This document shows, one piece after another, positions 23,701 through 38,228 of a DNA stretch of 64,000 nt. This DNA comes from Ranitomeya imitator. Lineage: Eukaryota. The stretch is taken from NCBI RefSeq assembly GCF_032444005.1, contig NC_091284.1, forward strand, positions 768,552,001 to 768,616,000. The letters run 5' to 3'. Position 1 is the stretch's first letter. Each line of letters starts with the position of its first letter. The translations under genes were made by a program, and so were the position numbers. The notes under the pieces were generated by a model. It did no database searches. It worked only from the letters and a program-made list of their open reading frames with translations, and was not told where the DNA came from.

Positions 23701-26700
23701 TACTGGGACCAGTCACATACTGGGAATACTGGGACCAGTCACATACTGGGATTACTGGGACCAGTCACATACTGGGATTACTGGGACCAGTCACATACTG
23801 GGATTACTGGGACCAGTCACATACTGGGATTACTGGGACCAGTCACATACTGGGATTACTGGGACCAGTCACATACTGGGATTACTGGGACCAGTCACAT
23901 ACTGGGAATACTGGGACCAGTCACATACTGGGATTACTGGGACCAGTCACATACTGGGATTACTGGGACCAGTCACATACTGGGATTACTGGGACCAGTC
24001 ACATACTGGGAATACTGGGACCAGTCACATACTGGGATTACTGGGACCAGTCACATACTGGGATTACTGGGACCAGTCACATACTGGGAATACTGGGACC
24101 AGTCACATACTGGGATGACTGGGACCAGTCACATACTGGGATTACTGGGACCAGTCACATACTGGGATAACTGGGACCAGTCACATACTGGGATTACTGG
24201 GACCAGTCACATACTGGGATAACTGGGACCAGTCACATACTGGGATAACTGGGACCAGTCACATACTGGGATTACTGGGACCAGTCACATACTGGGATAA
24301 CTGGGACCAGTCACATACTGGGATTACTGGGACCAGTCACATACTGGGATAACTGGGACCAGTCACATACTGGGATAACTGGGACCAGTCACATACTGGG
24401 ATAACTGGGACCAGTCACATACTGGGATAACTGGGACCAGTCACATACTGGGATAACTGGGACCAGTCACATACTGGGATTACTGGGACCAGTCACATAC
24501 TGGGATTACTGGGACCAGTCACATACTGGGATTACTGGGACCAGTCACATACTGGGATAACTGGGACCAGTCACATACTGGGATAACTGGGACCAGTCAC
24601 ATACCGGGAATACTGGGACCAGTCACATACCGGGATTACTGGGACCAGTCACATACTGGGAACACTGGGACCAGTCACATACTGGGATGACTGATGTGTT
24701 CTTATTACTGTGGACCAGTCACATACTGGGATGACTGGTCTGTTCTTATTACTGGGGACCAGTCGCATACTGGGATGACTGGTCTGTTCTTATTATCTTA
24801 TTACTGGGGACCAGTCACATACTGGGATAACTGATGTGTTCTTATTACGAGGGACCAGTCACATACTGGGATGACTGGTCTGTTCTTATTACTGGGGACC
24901 AGTTGCATACTGAGATGACTGGTCTGTTCTTATTACTGGGGACCAGTCACCATACTGGGATGACTGGTTTGTTCTTATTACTGGGGACCAGTCACATACT
25001 GGGATGACGAGTCTGTTCTAATTACTGGGGACCAGTCGCATACTGGGATGACTGGTCTGTTCTTATTACTGGGGACCAGTTGCATACTGGGATGACTGGT
25101 TTGTTCTTATTACTGGGGACCAGTCGCATACTGGGATGACTGGTCTGTTCTAATTACTGGGGACCAGTCGCATACTGGGATGACTGGTCTGTTCTTATTA
25201 CTGGGGACCAGTCACATACTGGGATGACGGGTCTGTTCTTATTATCTAATTACTGGGGACCAGTCACCATACTGGGATAACTGATGTGTTCTTATAACTG
25301 GGAACCAGTCGCATACTGGGATGACGGGTCTGTTCTTATTGCTGGGGACCAGTCACATACTGGGATGACTGGTCTGTTCTTATTACTGGGGACCAGTCGC
25401 ATACTGGGATGACTGGTCTGTTCTTATTATCTTATTACTGGGGACCAGTCACCATACTGGGATAACTGATGTGTTCTTATTATGAGGGACCAGTCACATA
25501 GTGGGATGACTGGTCTGTTCTTATTACTGGGGACCAGTTGCATACTGGGATGACTGGTCTGTTCTTATTACTGGGGACCAGTCACCATACTGGGATGACT
25601 GGTTTGTTCTTATTACTGGGGACCAGTCACATACTGGGATGACGGGTCTGTTCTTATTATCTAATTACTGGGGACCAGTCACCATACTGGGATAACTGAT
25701 GTGTTCTTATAACTGGGAACCAGTCGCATACTGGGATGACTGGTCTGTTCTTATTGCTGGGGACCAGTCACATACTGGGATGACTGGTCTGTTCTTATTA
25801 CTGGGGACCAGTCGCATACTGGGATGACTGGTCTGTTCTTATTATCTTATTACTGGGGACCAGTCACCATACTGGGATAACTGATGTGTTCTTATTATGA
25901 GGGACCAGTCACATAGTGGGATGACTGGTCTGTTCTTATTACTGGGGACCAGTTGCATACTGGGATGACTGGTCTGTTCTTATTACTGGGGACCAGTCAC
26001 CATACTGGGATGACTGGTTTGTTCTAATTACTGGGGACCAGTCACATACTGGGATGACTGGTTTGTTCTTATTACTGGGGACCAGTCACATACTGGGATG
26101 ACTGGTCTGTTCTTATTACTGGGGACCAGTCACATACTGGGATGACTGGTTTGTTCTTATTACTGGGGACCAATCACATACTGGGATGACGGGTCTGTTC
26201 TTATTATCTAATTACTGGGGACCAGTCACCATACTGGGATAACTGATGTGTTCTTATAACTGGGAACCAGTCGCATACTGGGATGACGGGTCTGTTCTTA
26301 TTGCTGGGGACCAGTCACATACTGGGATGACTGGTCTGTTCTTATTACTGGGGACCAGTCACATACTGGGATAACTGGTCTGTTCTTATTACTGGGGACC
26401 AGTCACATACTGGGATGACTGGTCTGTTCTTATTACTGGGGACCAGTCACATACTGGGATGACTGGTCTGTTCTTATTACTGGGGACCAGTCACATACTG
26501 GGATAACTGGTCTGTTCTTATTACTGGGGACCAGTCACATACTGGGATGACTGGTCTGTTCTTATTACTGGGGACCAGTCGCATACTGGGATGACTGGTC
26601 TGTTCTTATTATCTTATTACTGGGGACCAGTCACCATACTGGGATAACTGATGTGTTCTTATTATGAGGGACCAGTCACATAGTGAGATGACTGGTCTGT

Positions 26701-28804
26701 TCTTATTACTGGGGACCAGTCACATACTGGGATGACTGGTCTGTTCTTATTACTGGGGACCAGTCACCATCAGGGGTGGATTAAGGGTAGCCAGGGCCCC
26801 GGGTTGTTCAGACTCTGTGGGCCCCCCGGTCATGTGACGGGGTCATCATATACTGTACCTGAACCAGATTATTCCAGAAAAATAGTTGCTGCGTGAAATT
26901 ACACTTCTCACCTACCACACATTAACAGTGCCCATCACCAGATCACATACATAGCAGGCAGCTTTTGTTTTGGCCAAAAGATTTTTCAAGCCGCCACCAT
27001 AACACTGTAGACACTTTTGGCTGGGCCCTACGCTACTGTAACCTATTAAATATTTGTTAAAATATGCAATACAATTTAGGTATATTTTTATTTATTTTTC
27101 AATGTTTAAAATGACCAATAATATCACATACAAGGAACAAATACTACACCATGACCAGACCACGTATTACCACCAGTGACCGAATAATATCACATAAAAT
27201 GAACAAATACAACACCATGACCAGACCACATATTACCACCAGTGACCGAATAATATCACATACAAAGAACAAATACCACTACACCATGACCAGATCACAT
27301 ATTACCACCACAAAGTGACCAAACAGCACTTACAGGGGCCACTACCGCAACACCATGACCAGACCACATATTACCATCACATAGTGACTGAATACTACAA
27401 TACTGATCAGTAATAAAAAAAAAAACACAATACTATCACCTTAAGTGCCATTATACACAGGAGATCTGTACTTAGTATGCAGTGTCTGTGTAGAGATAAT
27501 GCAGTGATCACTGGTGACATTATACACGGGAGCTCTGTATATAGTATACAGTGTATAGTGTCAGTGTACAGGTAACACTGACTCACCAGTGACGTCTCTA
27601 GGTGAAGTCCTTCATCTTTCATCCAGCACAGACCGCCATCACTTCATCCAGCCAGGATTCGTCTCTGCAGGAAATAACACAGTTATCTAGAGCTCCGCTT
27701 GCAGAACACATTACTTAATTTTTCCCAACTTCTACATTACACCACATGAAGAAAAAAAGGCGACATAGTGTCACTCTGCACAGTAACAGGACCGCCCCCC
27801 CATTTAAAACAGTATACTCAAAAAATAAAATAAATACATCACTTTAGTAATAATATCCCTTAATTAGCCCCTATGGTAATAATAATATCCCCCATCCTGG
27901 CCCCGTGTATCTCATTCCTGGCTCCAGCCATATGTTCTCCCATCCTACCCTCATGAGTATCCATTCTGCCCCATATGATCTCCCCATCCTGCCCCATGAT
28001 CCTGCACGATCTGTCTCCAATCCCCATGTCTTTCATTCTGCCCCATGTCTCCAATCATGCCCCTATCTCCATTCTGCCCCCTATGTCTCCAATCATGTCC
28101 TCATGTCTGCAATCCTGTCCCGTGTCTCCAATCATGCCCCGTATCTACATTCTGCGCATGTCTCCAATCCTGCCCCATCTGTCTCCAGTCCAGTGTGTCC
28201 AGCATCTCTGCCCCCAGTGTGTCCAGCATCTCTGCCCCCAATGTGTCCAGCATCTCTGCTCCCAGTGTCCAGCATCTCTGCCCCCAGTTTCCAGCATTCT
28301 GGCCCAGGTCCCCCAGATCGCCGCTATCAATAAAAAAATTCTTCTCACCTGACCGCGCTCCTTCGCGAAGCTCCCTCCTCGTAGCTGAAGCGCGCACTTG
28401 CCGGCGACCGACAATGACAGACGCCAGCGACGTGCGCGCTGCGGCTGATGTCAGCTGCCAGCCTCCGATTGGCTGGCGGCTGTTAACTATTGACATGCGG
28501 GAGCGGGCCCGTACGTCAATAGTGTTAAACTGCCACAGCGCTGGTAGGGGCCTGGTGAGCAGATGAGACGGGGCCCGATGCGGGCCCCCTCTGCCCACCT
28601 GGTCAATACGCCAGTCAGGGCAGTAATGCCCTGATGGCAGCGGTCAATCTGGGGAGTAGCCCAGGGCCCCCCCACACCACTGGGCCCCCCACACCACTGG
28701 GCCCTGGGCTACCGCCCAGATTGACCTCATTATAATCCGCCCCTGGTCACCATACTGGGATGACTGATGTGTTCTTATTGCGAGGGACCAGTCACATACT
28801 GGGA
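23701..28804. repeat. Minisatellite: 26-bp unit (23701-~24690), then 44-bp unit (~24690-26770), resuming at 28746-28804 after the hAT insertion
   Basis: Units TACTGGGACCAGTCACATACTGGGAT and TACTGGGGACCAGTCACATACTGGGATGACTGGTCTGTTCTTAT. Confidence 0.95.
26771..28745. mobile_element. Non-autonomous hAT element inserted in the minisatellite
   Basis: TIR CAGGGG(T/C)GGATTA; 8-bp TSD GTCACCAT (26763-26770, 28746-28753). Confidence 0.92.
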
Positions 28805-29810
28805 TGTCTGATCCATGGTGTGATGCCATAATGATGGGTATTTATTTCCGTACATACATGTCCATACAGTGTTTCTGTCAGCTGCAGATTGTGCTCATCG
28901 GCGCCATAGAATTGTATGGAGGTGCGGAAAGAAGCAAATCAGGAATCCTGAGCCGATTCTAAAAGCAGAAAGTTCCTTCCCTGTGCTGAGGGCAATAAAC
29001 CTTGTTCTTTAAGGGTTTGTGCAGACGACCATATTATCGTCCAAGTGCGATCTGATGTATTGACCAATGTTATGCTGTGGGGCCGCGCATATGTCCAATT
29101 TCTTCCTTGGACAGAGTCTGTCCGAGGAAAAAAAAAATCACTTAATGCCTGAGTTGGATCTGATAATTTGATCACACTCGGCCATGCAAGTCAATGAGTA
29201 CATGGAAAAAAAAATGTACTTCATTCGGATGACATCTGAGTGCAGTCTGATTTCCATGGGCTGACACAATAGAGATGGTGGAAACATTTTTTTTCCAGTC
29301 TTTTCCACATCCGAGAAAATTGGATTACACTATGATCACACACTGATGAATGTGATTAGCATAATCGGCCCAATTATCTCAGATGAGAGAATGCTGATGT
29401 GACCCTAGGCTTAATATCAGATATTTTCTGACTAGATGACCCCATCTTGCTTCAAACTTTTTCTGTACAGTGCCTGTCATTATTAGAATTCAGAGGAGTT
29501 TATAAAGTGATTGGATACTTCTCATTTCATGCATGGTGCCCAGAATAAAGTAATATAATGTGGAATTAATGGCCATACATTGTGTCCACAACTTATTAAA
29601 TACCCTGTAGCCCTAGAGCCTTGTGTAGGCACAGCATGTTTAATAGACAAGTCCTGGGTGGGGATAAAAGGGGCTTACAACGAGAGAATTTGCAATAACA
29701 TATACATACAGCGTGACTCATGACACTTACCATCCAGTACATCACTATAGTTCACCACTGCTGTGTGTTACCTATTATACGTGTGGCCACTACATATATG
29801 GTGACCTTAA

Positions 29811-30185
29811 AGGGATCCTCTCACCAGGAAAATGCCGCCCATTCTGCAGACGCCATGTTGTAGAGCAGGGGCAGCTGAGAAGATTGATATATAGTTTTGT
29901 GAGAAAATATTCAATGTAACCTGTATTATAATCATTTAATCCTCTGCTCTTTCTGGGATTTTCAGTCCGGTGGGCGGTCCTATCAGTGACTGACAGCTCT
30001 GTGTGCACACTGATAGGACCGCCCACCGGACTGAAAATCCCAGAAAGAGCAGAGGATTAAATGATTATAATACCAGGTACACTGAATATTTTCTCACCAA
30101 ACTATATATCAATCTTCTCAGCTCCCCCTGCTCTATAACATGGCGTCTGCAGATCGGACAGTATCTTCCTGCTGATAGGTTCTCT
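29811..30185. mobile_element. T2/Kolobok-type palindromic MITE
   Basis: TTAA|AGGGATCC...GGTTCTCT|TTAA with long internal inverted arms. Confidence 0.78.
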
Positions 30186-33100
30186 TTAAGTATCCAAAAT
30201 GATCCACAGCACTGTGGCTCAACCCATTGAGTACAATTTGTGAAAAAACAGGCAGAACAAAGTAGCAGAGGCAACAGAAAAGCTGAGAAACACCATGGCT
30301 CCTGCTCTTTTTTGGGAGGGGGGAGCTGCATTATGATTCAAGGTATTGGGTACAATCAGTGAAATTCCATAAAAGAAACATATTCATAACTTTTGTGTTA
30401 ATGGTTGGTCATTATCAGGACATCATTGGGGGATTACTAGCAATTACTCGCTGGGATCATACTTCTCACTTATTCAGCTGTATCATTCAGGAATAGATAA
30501 AAATTATATTTTGCCGTGAGTCATTTTTTCTTTTAAGGAAACCGTTTTTTTTTTTTACTAAAAATGCTCTCTTCTCCAAAACGTCAATTTCTTGGGTAAT
30601 TTAGACGAAGACAGAAAATTGCATCCATTTTCCATATCCAATATTAAAGGGTTGTCTAAGTACTGACCCAACAAGGGTATGTGTCCGGTGTCCAACTGGT
30701 GGAAAACCTCAGCCCCTAACAGATCTCTTGAACAAAGTGGTTATTTTTTTTGTATAAATGGCGTAAACTGCAGTTGACTCTGCCACTGCCATCGTGCCCG
30801 CATCTTACACCACTCAGCAAAATTGGAAAGTGGCTATTAAGGAATGTAGTATTATCAGACTTCTTTTTTTGTGCCGCTGCTGCTGTATTCTGCCTGTAGG
30901 GGGTTGAACCTCATTGACTGTAAACTGAAGGCATATCCTAGTGATACTGTCAACGCATGTAATAGGATAACCCTTTCAAGCTTTATTTAAAGTAGATTAG
31001 AAGACCCCTTTAAGAGGTTCTAACATGTATAATCTATTAGGTTCATCCACTACATTGCCCCCACCTCACCGTTGCAAATTTATTCGACTATATGGTAATT
31101 GCTTGGCCAAAAAGGAGCGCGGCTTTTCAGACACCATGATATGCAGTTTGCATCCTGATCCAAGTTTCAGATTTTCCTAATTTTGGAGTGTCCCTGCCTG
31201 TAATATAGGCTGGATGTGAAGTCTTTATGTACCCAGGCTGCCTTCACTAGCTTTCATACATCAGTAGAGCTCCAAAACAGCTTCTCGCGCTTTCTTTCTT
31301 GTCTATAACCTGTTTATTCTGCCTTCCATGATACTTTAGATACTTTCCCCTTAACCGATCTGTGTATTATCTCCTTACTTTGCCTTTTTGTTGTAGTTAA
31401 CAATGAGAGATGTGAGAGAGGAGCAGGAAGAGCTATCAGGACGGAGGGCTGACTGATGTGTAACTTTTTTGCAAATCACCCAGCTATATAAAGGACATAC
31501 AAACACTGCACAACAGCAAAATAGTAGAAATATGTTAATGAAGGGTATTTAGATTAGTTTGTTACTTTTAATATAGGGAACAAGTAAACAATAAAAAACT
31601 ATGCGAAAGATGTCTATAGCCTTAAAACTCCAAAAGGTGGAGAAGACTATAGGCTTGTTACTATCAAGCAGTAAGTTATAGAAATTATATTTGGAGATAA
31701 TTTTTTAGTTTCAAATTTCTGGTTGCCAAAAAATGTTTATGGGTCTCTGCTTGGTAAAGTGTCTTCTCTGAGTGCTGTACCTTTTTCTTTTTTTAATCAA
31801 CTCTTCAGGCTGGGACAGTTAGGGCCAACAATATACAGAATATTGACCATATGTGAGTCTCAAAACCACCAAAGTGAGAAAAAAATGCAATTAGAGCCCT
31901 AGCTGATTTCTTCTGCTCTTTCGACCAAGAAATCAATTGGGTTTGGATCTAGCAATCCGAACCTCAGAAGTCTGAATATCAATAGTATTTTTTTCTTAAC
32001 TAGGATCCAAGGGGTAACGTTTCTCCTTGCGGAGACTGACTTGTCAAGCCTGACATGCCAAGACGAGGAGACTTTTAAGCCTTGCATGCTCCTCTGGGAA
32101 ATATGCAAATTGTCTATTTAGAAAGAAAGAGGTCTAGAACTCTAGTTTCCCCTATTGGAAGTAGCTTTTAACTAAAAACTCAGAACTTTAGGCCTGAAAA
32201 AGGCCTTGCGTGGCCAAAACGTTGCTATTTTTCCTGTGTTTACACTGGTGTCAATAAAAATAAAGCAGAATTTTGGCATAAAAAGCTTTGACAAGTCGCA
32301 AATTTTTTTTTAATACACAAAATTGTGCGAAAATGTTATCACTTTTGACATCTTATCACCAGTTTTGCCCATACTCCGCCAAAATGGGTGGAATTGGGGC
32401 AGGACGGAAGCATGATGCTACTGCTTGTCTAATTCATGATGAGCTGCGACGTACTGATCAGTAATAAAAAAAAACCACAATACTATCACCTTAAGTGCCA
32501 TTATACACAGGAGATCTGTACTTAGTATGCAGTGTCTGTGTAGAGATAATGCAGTGATCACTGGTGACATTATACACGGGAGCTCTGTATATAGTATACA
32601 GTGTATAGTGTCAGTGTACAGGTAACACTGACTCACCAGTGACGTCTCTAGGTGAAGTCCTTCATCTTTCATCCAGCACAGACCGCCATCACTTCATCCA
32701 GCCAGGATTCGTCTCTGCAGGAAATAACACAGTTATCTAGAGCTCCGCTTGCAGAACACATTACTTAATTTTTCCCAACTTCTACATTACACCACATGAA
32801 GAAAAAAAGGCGACATAGTGTCACTCTGCACAGTAACAGGACCGCCCCCCCATTTAAAACAGTATACTCAAAAAATAAAATAAATACATCACTTTAGTAA
32901 TAATATCCCTTAATTAGCCCCTATGGTAATAATAATATCCCCCATCCTGGCCCCGTGTATCTCATTCCTGGCTCCAGCCATATGTTCTCCCATCCTACCC
33001 TCATGAGTATCCATTCTGCCCCATTTGATCTCCCCATCCTGCCCCATGATCCTGCACGATCTGTCTCCAATCCCCATGTCTTTCATTCTGCCCCATGTCT

Positions 33101-34867
33101 CCAATCATGCCCCTATCTCCATTCTGCCCCCTATGTCTCCAATCATGTCCTCATGTCTGCAATCCTGTCCCGTGTCTCCAATCATGCCCCGTATCTACAT
33201 TCTGCGCATGTCTCCAATCCTGCCCCATCTGTCTCCAGTCCTGCCCCCAGTGTGTCCAGCATCTCTGCCCCCAGTGTGTCCAGCATCTCTGCCCCCAATG
33301 TGTCCAGCATCTCTGCTCCCAGTGTCCAGAATCTCTGCCCCCAGTTTCCAGCATTCTGGCCCAGGTCCCCCAGATCGCCGCTATCAATAAAAAAATTCTT
33401 CTCACCTGACCGCGCTCCTTCGCGAAGCTCCCTCCTCGTAGCTGAAGCGCGCACTTGCCGGCGACCGACAATGACAGACGCCAGCGACGTGCGCGCTGCG
33501 GCTGATGTCAGCTGCCAGCCTCCGATTGGCTGGCGGCTGTTAACTATTGACATGCGGGAGCGGGCCCGTACGTCAATAGCGTTAAACTGCCACAGCGCTG
33601 GTAGGGGCCTGGTGAGCAGATGAGACGGGGCCCGATGCGGGCCCCCTCTGCCCACCTGGTCAATACGCCAGTCAGGGCAGTAATGCCCTGATGGCAGCGG
33701 TCAATCTGGGGAGTAGCCCAGGGCCCCCCCACACCACTGGGCCCCCCACACCACTGGGCCCTGGGCTACCGCCCAGATTGACCTCATTATAATCCGCCCC
33801 TGGTCACCATACTGGGATGACTGATGTGTTCTTATTGCGAGGGACCAGTCACATACTGGGATGTCTGATCCATGGTGTGATGCCATAATGATGGGTATTT
33901 ATTTCCGTACATACATGTCCATACAGTGTTTCTGTCAGCTGCAGATTGTGCTCATCGGCGCCATAGAATTGTATGGAGGTGCGGAAAGAAGCAAATCAGG
34001 GATCCTGAGCCGATTCTAAAAGCAGAAAGTTCCTTCCCTGTGCTGAGGGCAATAAACCTTGTTCTTTAAGGGTTTGTGCAGACGACCATATTATCGTCCA
34101 AGTGCGATCTGATGTATTGACCAATGTTATGCTGTGGGGCCGCGCATATGTCCAATTTCTTCCTTGGACAGAGTCTGTCCGAGGAAAAAAAAAATCACTT
34201 AATGCCTGAGTTGGATCTGATAATTTGATCACACTCGGCCATGCAAGTCAATGAGTACATGGAAAAAAAAATGTACTTCATTCGGATGACATCTGAGTGC
34301 AGTCTGATTTCCATGGGCTGACACAATAGAGATGGTGGAAACATTTTTTTTCCAGTCTTTTCCACATCCGAGAAAATTGGATTACACTATGATCACACAC
34401 TGATGAATGTGATTAGCATAATCGGCCCAATTATCTCAGATGAGAGAATGCTGATGTGACCCTAGGCTTAATATCAGATATTTTCTGACTAGATGACCCC
34501 ATCTTGCTTCAAACTTTTTCTGTACAGTGCCTGTCATTATTAGAATTCAGAGGAGTTTATACAGTGATTGGATACTTCTCATTTCATGCATGGTGCCCAG
34601 AATAAAGTAATATAATGTGGAATTAATGGCCATACATTGTGTCCACAACTTATTAAATACCCTGTAGCCCTAGAGCCTTGTGTAGGCACAGCATGTTTAA
34701 TAGACAAGTCCTGGGTGGGGATAAAAGGGGCTTACAACGAGAGAATTTGCAATAACATATACATACAGCGTGACTCATGACACTTACCATCCAGTACATC
34801 ACTATAGTTCACCACTGCTGTGTGTTACCTATTATACGTGTGGCCACTACATATATGGTGACCTTAA

Positions 34868-35250
34868 AGGGATCCTCTCACCAGGAAAATGCCGCCCATT
34901 CTGCAGACGCCATGTTGTAGAGCAGGGGCAGCTGAGAAGATTGATATATAGTTTTGTGAGAAAATATTCAATGTAACCTGTATTATAATCATTTAATCCT
35001 CTGCTCTTTCTGGGATTTTCAGTCCGGTGGGCGGTCCTATCAGTGACTGACAGCTCTGTGTGCACACTAATACATTGATAGGACCGCCCACCGGACTGAA
35101 AATCCCAGAAAGAGCAGAGGATTAAATGATTATAATACCAGTTACACTGAATATTTTCTCACCAAACTATATATCAATCTTCTCAGCTCCCCCTGCTCTA
35201 TAACATGGCGTCTGCAGATCGGACAGTATCTTCCTGCTGATAGGTTCTCT
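34868..35250. mobile_element. Duplicate of the T2/Kolobok-type MITE
   Basis: Same as 29811-30185 with a small central insertion. Confidence 0.78.
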
Positions 35251-38228
35251 TTAAGTATCCAAAATGATCCACAGCACTGTGGCTCAACCCATTGAGTACA
35301 ATTTGTGAAAAAACAGGCAGAACAAAGTAGCAGAGGCAACAGAAAAGCTGAGAAACACCATGGCTCCTGCTCTTTTTTGGGAGGGGGGAGCTGCATTATG
35401 ATTCAAGGTATTAGGTACAATCAGTGAAATTCCATAAAAGAAACATATTCATAACTTTTGTGTTAATGGTTGGTCATTATCAGGACATCATTGGGGGATT
35501 ACTAGCAATTACTCGCTGGGATCATACTTCTCACTTATTCAGCTGTATCATTCAGGAATAGATAAAATTATATTTTGCCGTGAGTCATTTTTTCTTTTAA
35601 GGAAAACGTTTTTTTTTTTACTAAAAATGCTCTCTTCTCCAAAACGTCAATTTCTTGGGTAATTTAGACGAAGACAGAAAATTGCATCCATTTTCCATAT
35701 CCAATATTAAAGGGTTGTCTAAGTACTGACCCAACAAGGGTATGTGTCCGGTGTCCAACTGGTGGAAAACCTCAGCCCCTAACAGATCTCTTGAACAAAG
35801 TGGTTATTTTTTTTGTATAAATGGCGTAAACTGCAGTTGACTCTGCCACTGCCATCGTGCCCGCATCTTACACCACTCAGCAAAATTGGAAAGTGGCTAT
35901 TAAGGAATGTAGTATTATCAGACTTCTTTTTTTGTGCCGCTGCTGCTGTATTCTGCCTGTAGGGGGTTGAACCTCATTGACTGTAAACTGAAGGCATATC
36001 CTAGTGATACTGTCAACGCATGTAATAGGATAACCCTTTCAAGCTTTATTTAAAGTAGATTAGAAGACCCCTTTAAGAGGTTCTAACATGTATAATCTAT
36101 TAGGTTCATCCACTACATTGCCCCCACCTCACCGTTGCAAATTTATTCGACTATATGGTAATTGCTTGGCCAAAAAGGAGCGCGGCTTTTCAGACACCAT
36201 GATATGCAGTTTGCATCCTGATCCAAGTTTCAGATTTTCCTAATTTTGGAGTGTCCCTGCCTGTAATATAGGCTGGATGTGAAGTCTTTATGTACCCAGG
36301 CTGCCTTCACTAGCTTTCATACATCAGTAGAGCTCCAAAACAGCTTCTCGCGCTTTCTTTCTTGTCTATAACCTGTTTATTCTGCCTTCCATGATACTTT
36401 AGATACTTTCCCCTTAACCGATCTGTGTATTATCTCCTTACTTTGCCTTTTTGTTGTAGTTAACAATGAGAGATGTGAGAGAGGAGCAGGAAGAGCTATC
36501 AGGACGGAGGGCTGACTGATGTGTAACTTTTTTGCAAATCACCCAGCTATATAAAGGACATACAAACACTGCACAACAGCAAAATAGTAGAAATATGTTA
36601 ATGAAGGGTATTTAGATTAGTTTGTTACTTTTAATATAGGGAACAAGTAAACAATAAAAAACTATGCGAAAGATGTCTATAGCCTTAAAACTCCAAAAGG
36701 TGGAGAAGACTATAGGCTTGTTACTATCGAGCAGTAAATTATAGAAATTATATTTGGAGATAATTTTTTAGTTTCAAATTTCTGGTTGCCAAAAAATGTT
36801 TATGGGTCTCTGCTTGGTAAAGTGTCTTCTCTGAGTGCTGTACCTTTTTCTTTTTTTAATCAACTCTTCAGGCTGGGACAGTTAGGGCCAACAATATACA
36901 GAATATTGACCATATGTGAGTCTCAAAACCACCAAAGTGAGAAAAAAATGCAATTAGAGCCCTAGCTGATTTCTTCTGCTCTTTCGACCAAGAAATCAAT
37001 TGGGTTTGGATCTAGCAATCCGAACCTCAGAAGTCTGAATATCAATAGTATTTTTTTCTTAACTAGGATCCAAGGGGTAACGTTTCTCCTTGCGGAGACT
37101 GACTTGTCAAGCCTGACATGCCAAGACGAGGAGACTTTTAAGCCTTGCATGCTCCTCTGGGAAATATGCAAATTGTCTATTTAGAAAGAAAGAGGTCTAG
37201 AACTCTAGTTTCCCCTATTGGAAGTAGCTTTTAACTAAAAACTCAGAACTTTAGGCCTGAAAAAGGCCTTGCGTGGCCAAAATGTTGCTATTTTTCCTGT
37301 GTTTACACTGGTGTCAATAAAAATAAAGCAGAATTTTGGCATAAAAAGCTTTGACAAGTCGCAAATTTTTTTTTAATACACAAAATTGTGCGAAAATGTT
37401 ATCACTTTTGACATCTTATCACCAGTTTTGCCCATACTCCGCCAAAATGGGTGGAATTGGGGCAGGACGGAAGCATGATGCTACTGCTTGTCTAATTCAT
37501 GATGAGCTGCGACGTTGCTTAACCGGGAAATCTTGCTCCAGTCCTTGATTGGAGTAAGATTTGTGGTGAGACGTACGCAACTTTTAAGATACGCTACTCC
37601 TGATTCATTAAGAGTTGTGCGCCTCTTATTGAATCAGGAGCACCTGACTCCACTACGCCTCTCATCAAGACCGACGTAAATATTGCTGGTCTTTAGAAAT
37701 CGGGGTCAATGTGTTAATATACATTAACGTTTTTACACAAGCGCTGACCTACGTACAAAAAAGGGTTAATGACTCCTTCCATGCTGGCTGAGACCATAAA
37801 TCCTGGTTGTTCTCAGCTGCAACTGCTTATCATTTACTCCCTCTATGTATTCTGGCTCTGGGCAGTTAGTCCTTGCTAGTGAAAGATTCGTCTTCCTGTG
37901 CAGAGTGCTAAACTGAGTAGTCGGAGTGGAGTAGATGTAGTAGTTATCTGTAGTTTGCTGCAGTACGTGTTGTTATTTGCTGGTCCATGTTCCCATTTAG
38001 TTTATCCCTCCCTTTCCCTATCCTCCTCTCTAGTGAAGGTTAGTGCATTTGTATGATTGAGGTTTTCTGTTATCCATGTTTTGTATTTAGGTCTTGTTTA
38101 CCTTACATTTCTGTCCCGTGCCTCATGTGGAGGGAGAGGAGACAGATTAGTGTTTAACAGGAGCATAGCAAGGTTGGAGACCCAGGCTTCTCCACTTTCA
38201 AGAGTACCTCGGGACACGGATAGTTAGG

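Larger units (their letters stand above)
27401..37514. repeat. ~5.05-kb tandem duplication (27401-32451 and 32452-37514)
   Basis: Junction GAGCTGCGACG|TACTGATCAG; duplicated ORF set; small indels and SNPs between copies; copy 2 has only the right part of the hAT element (to ~33802). Confidence 0.93.

Noticed and set aside
23701-26770. CRISPR-like array (palindromic repeated unit)
   Set aside because: No unique spacers, no cas genes, eukaryotic intron; ORFs 23466-24170 and 23540-24118 are repeat translations.
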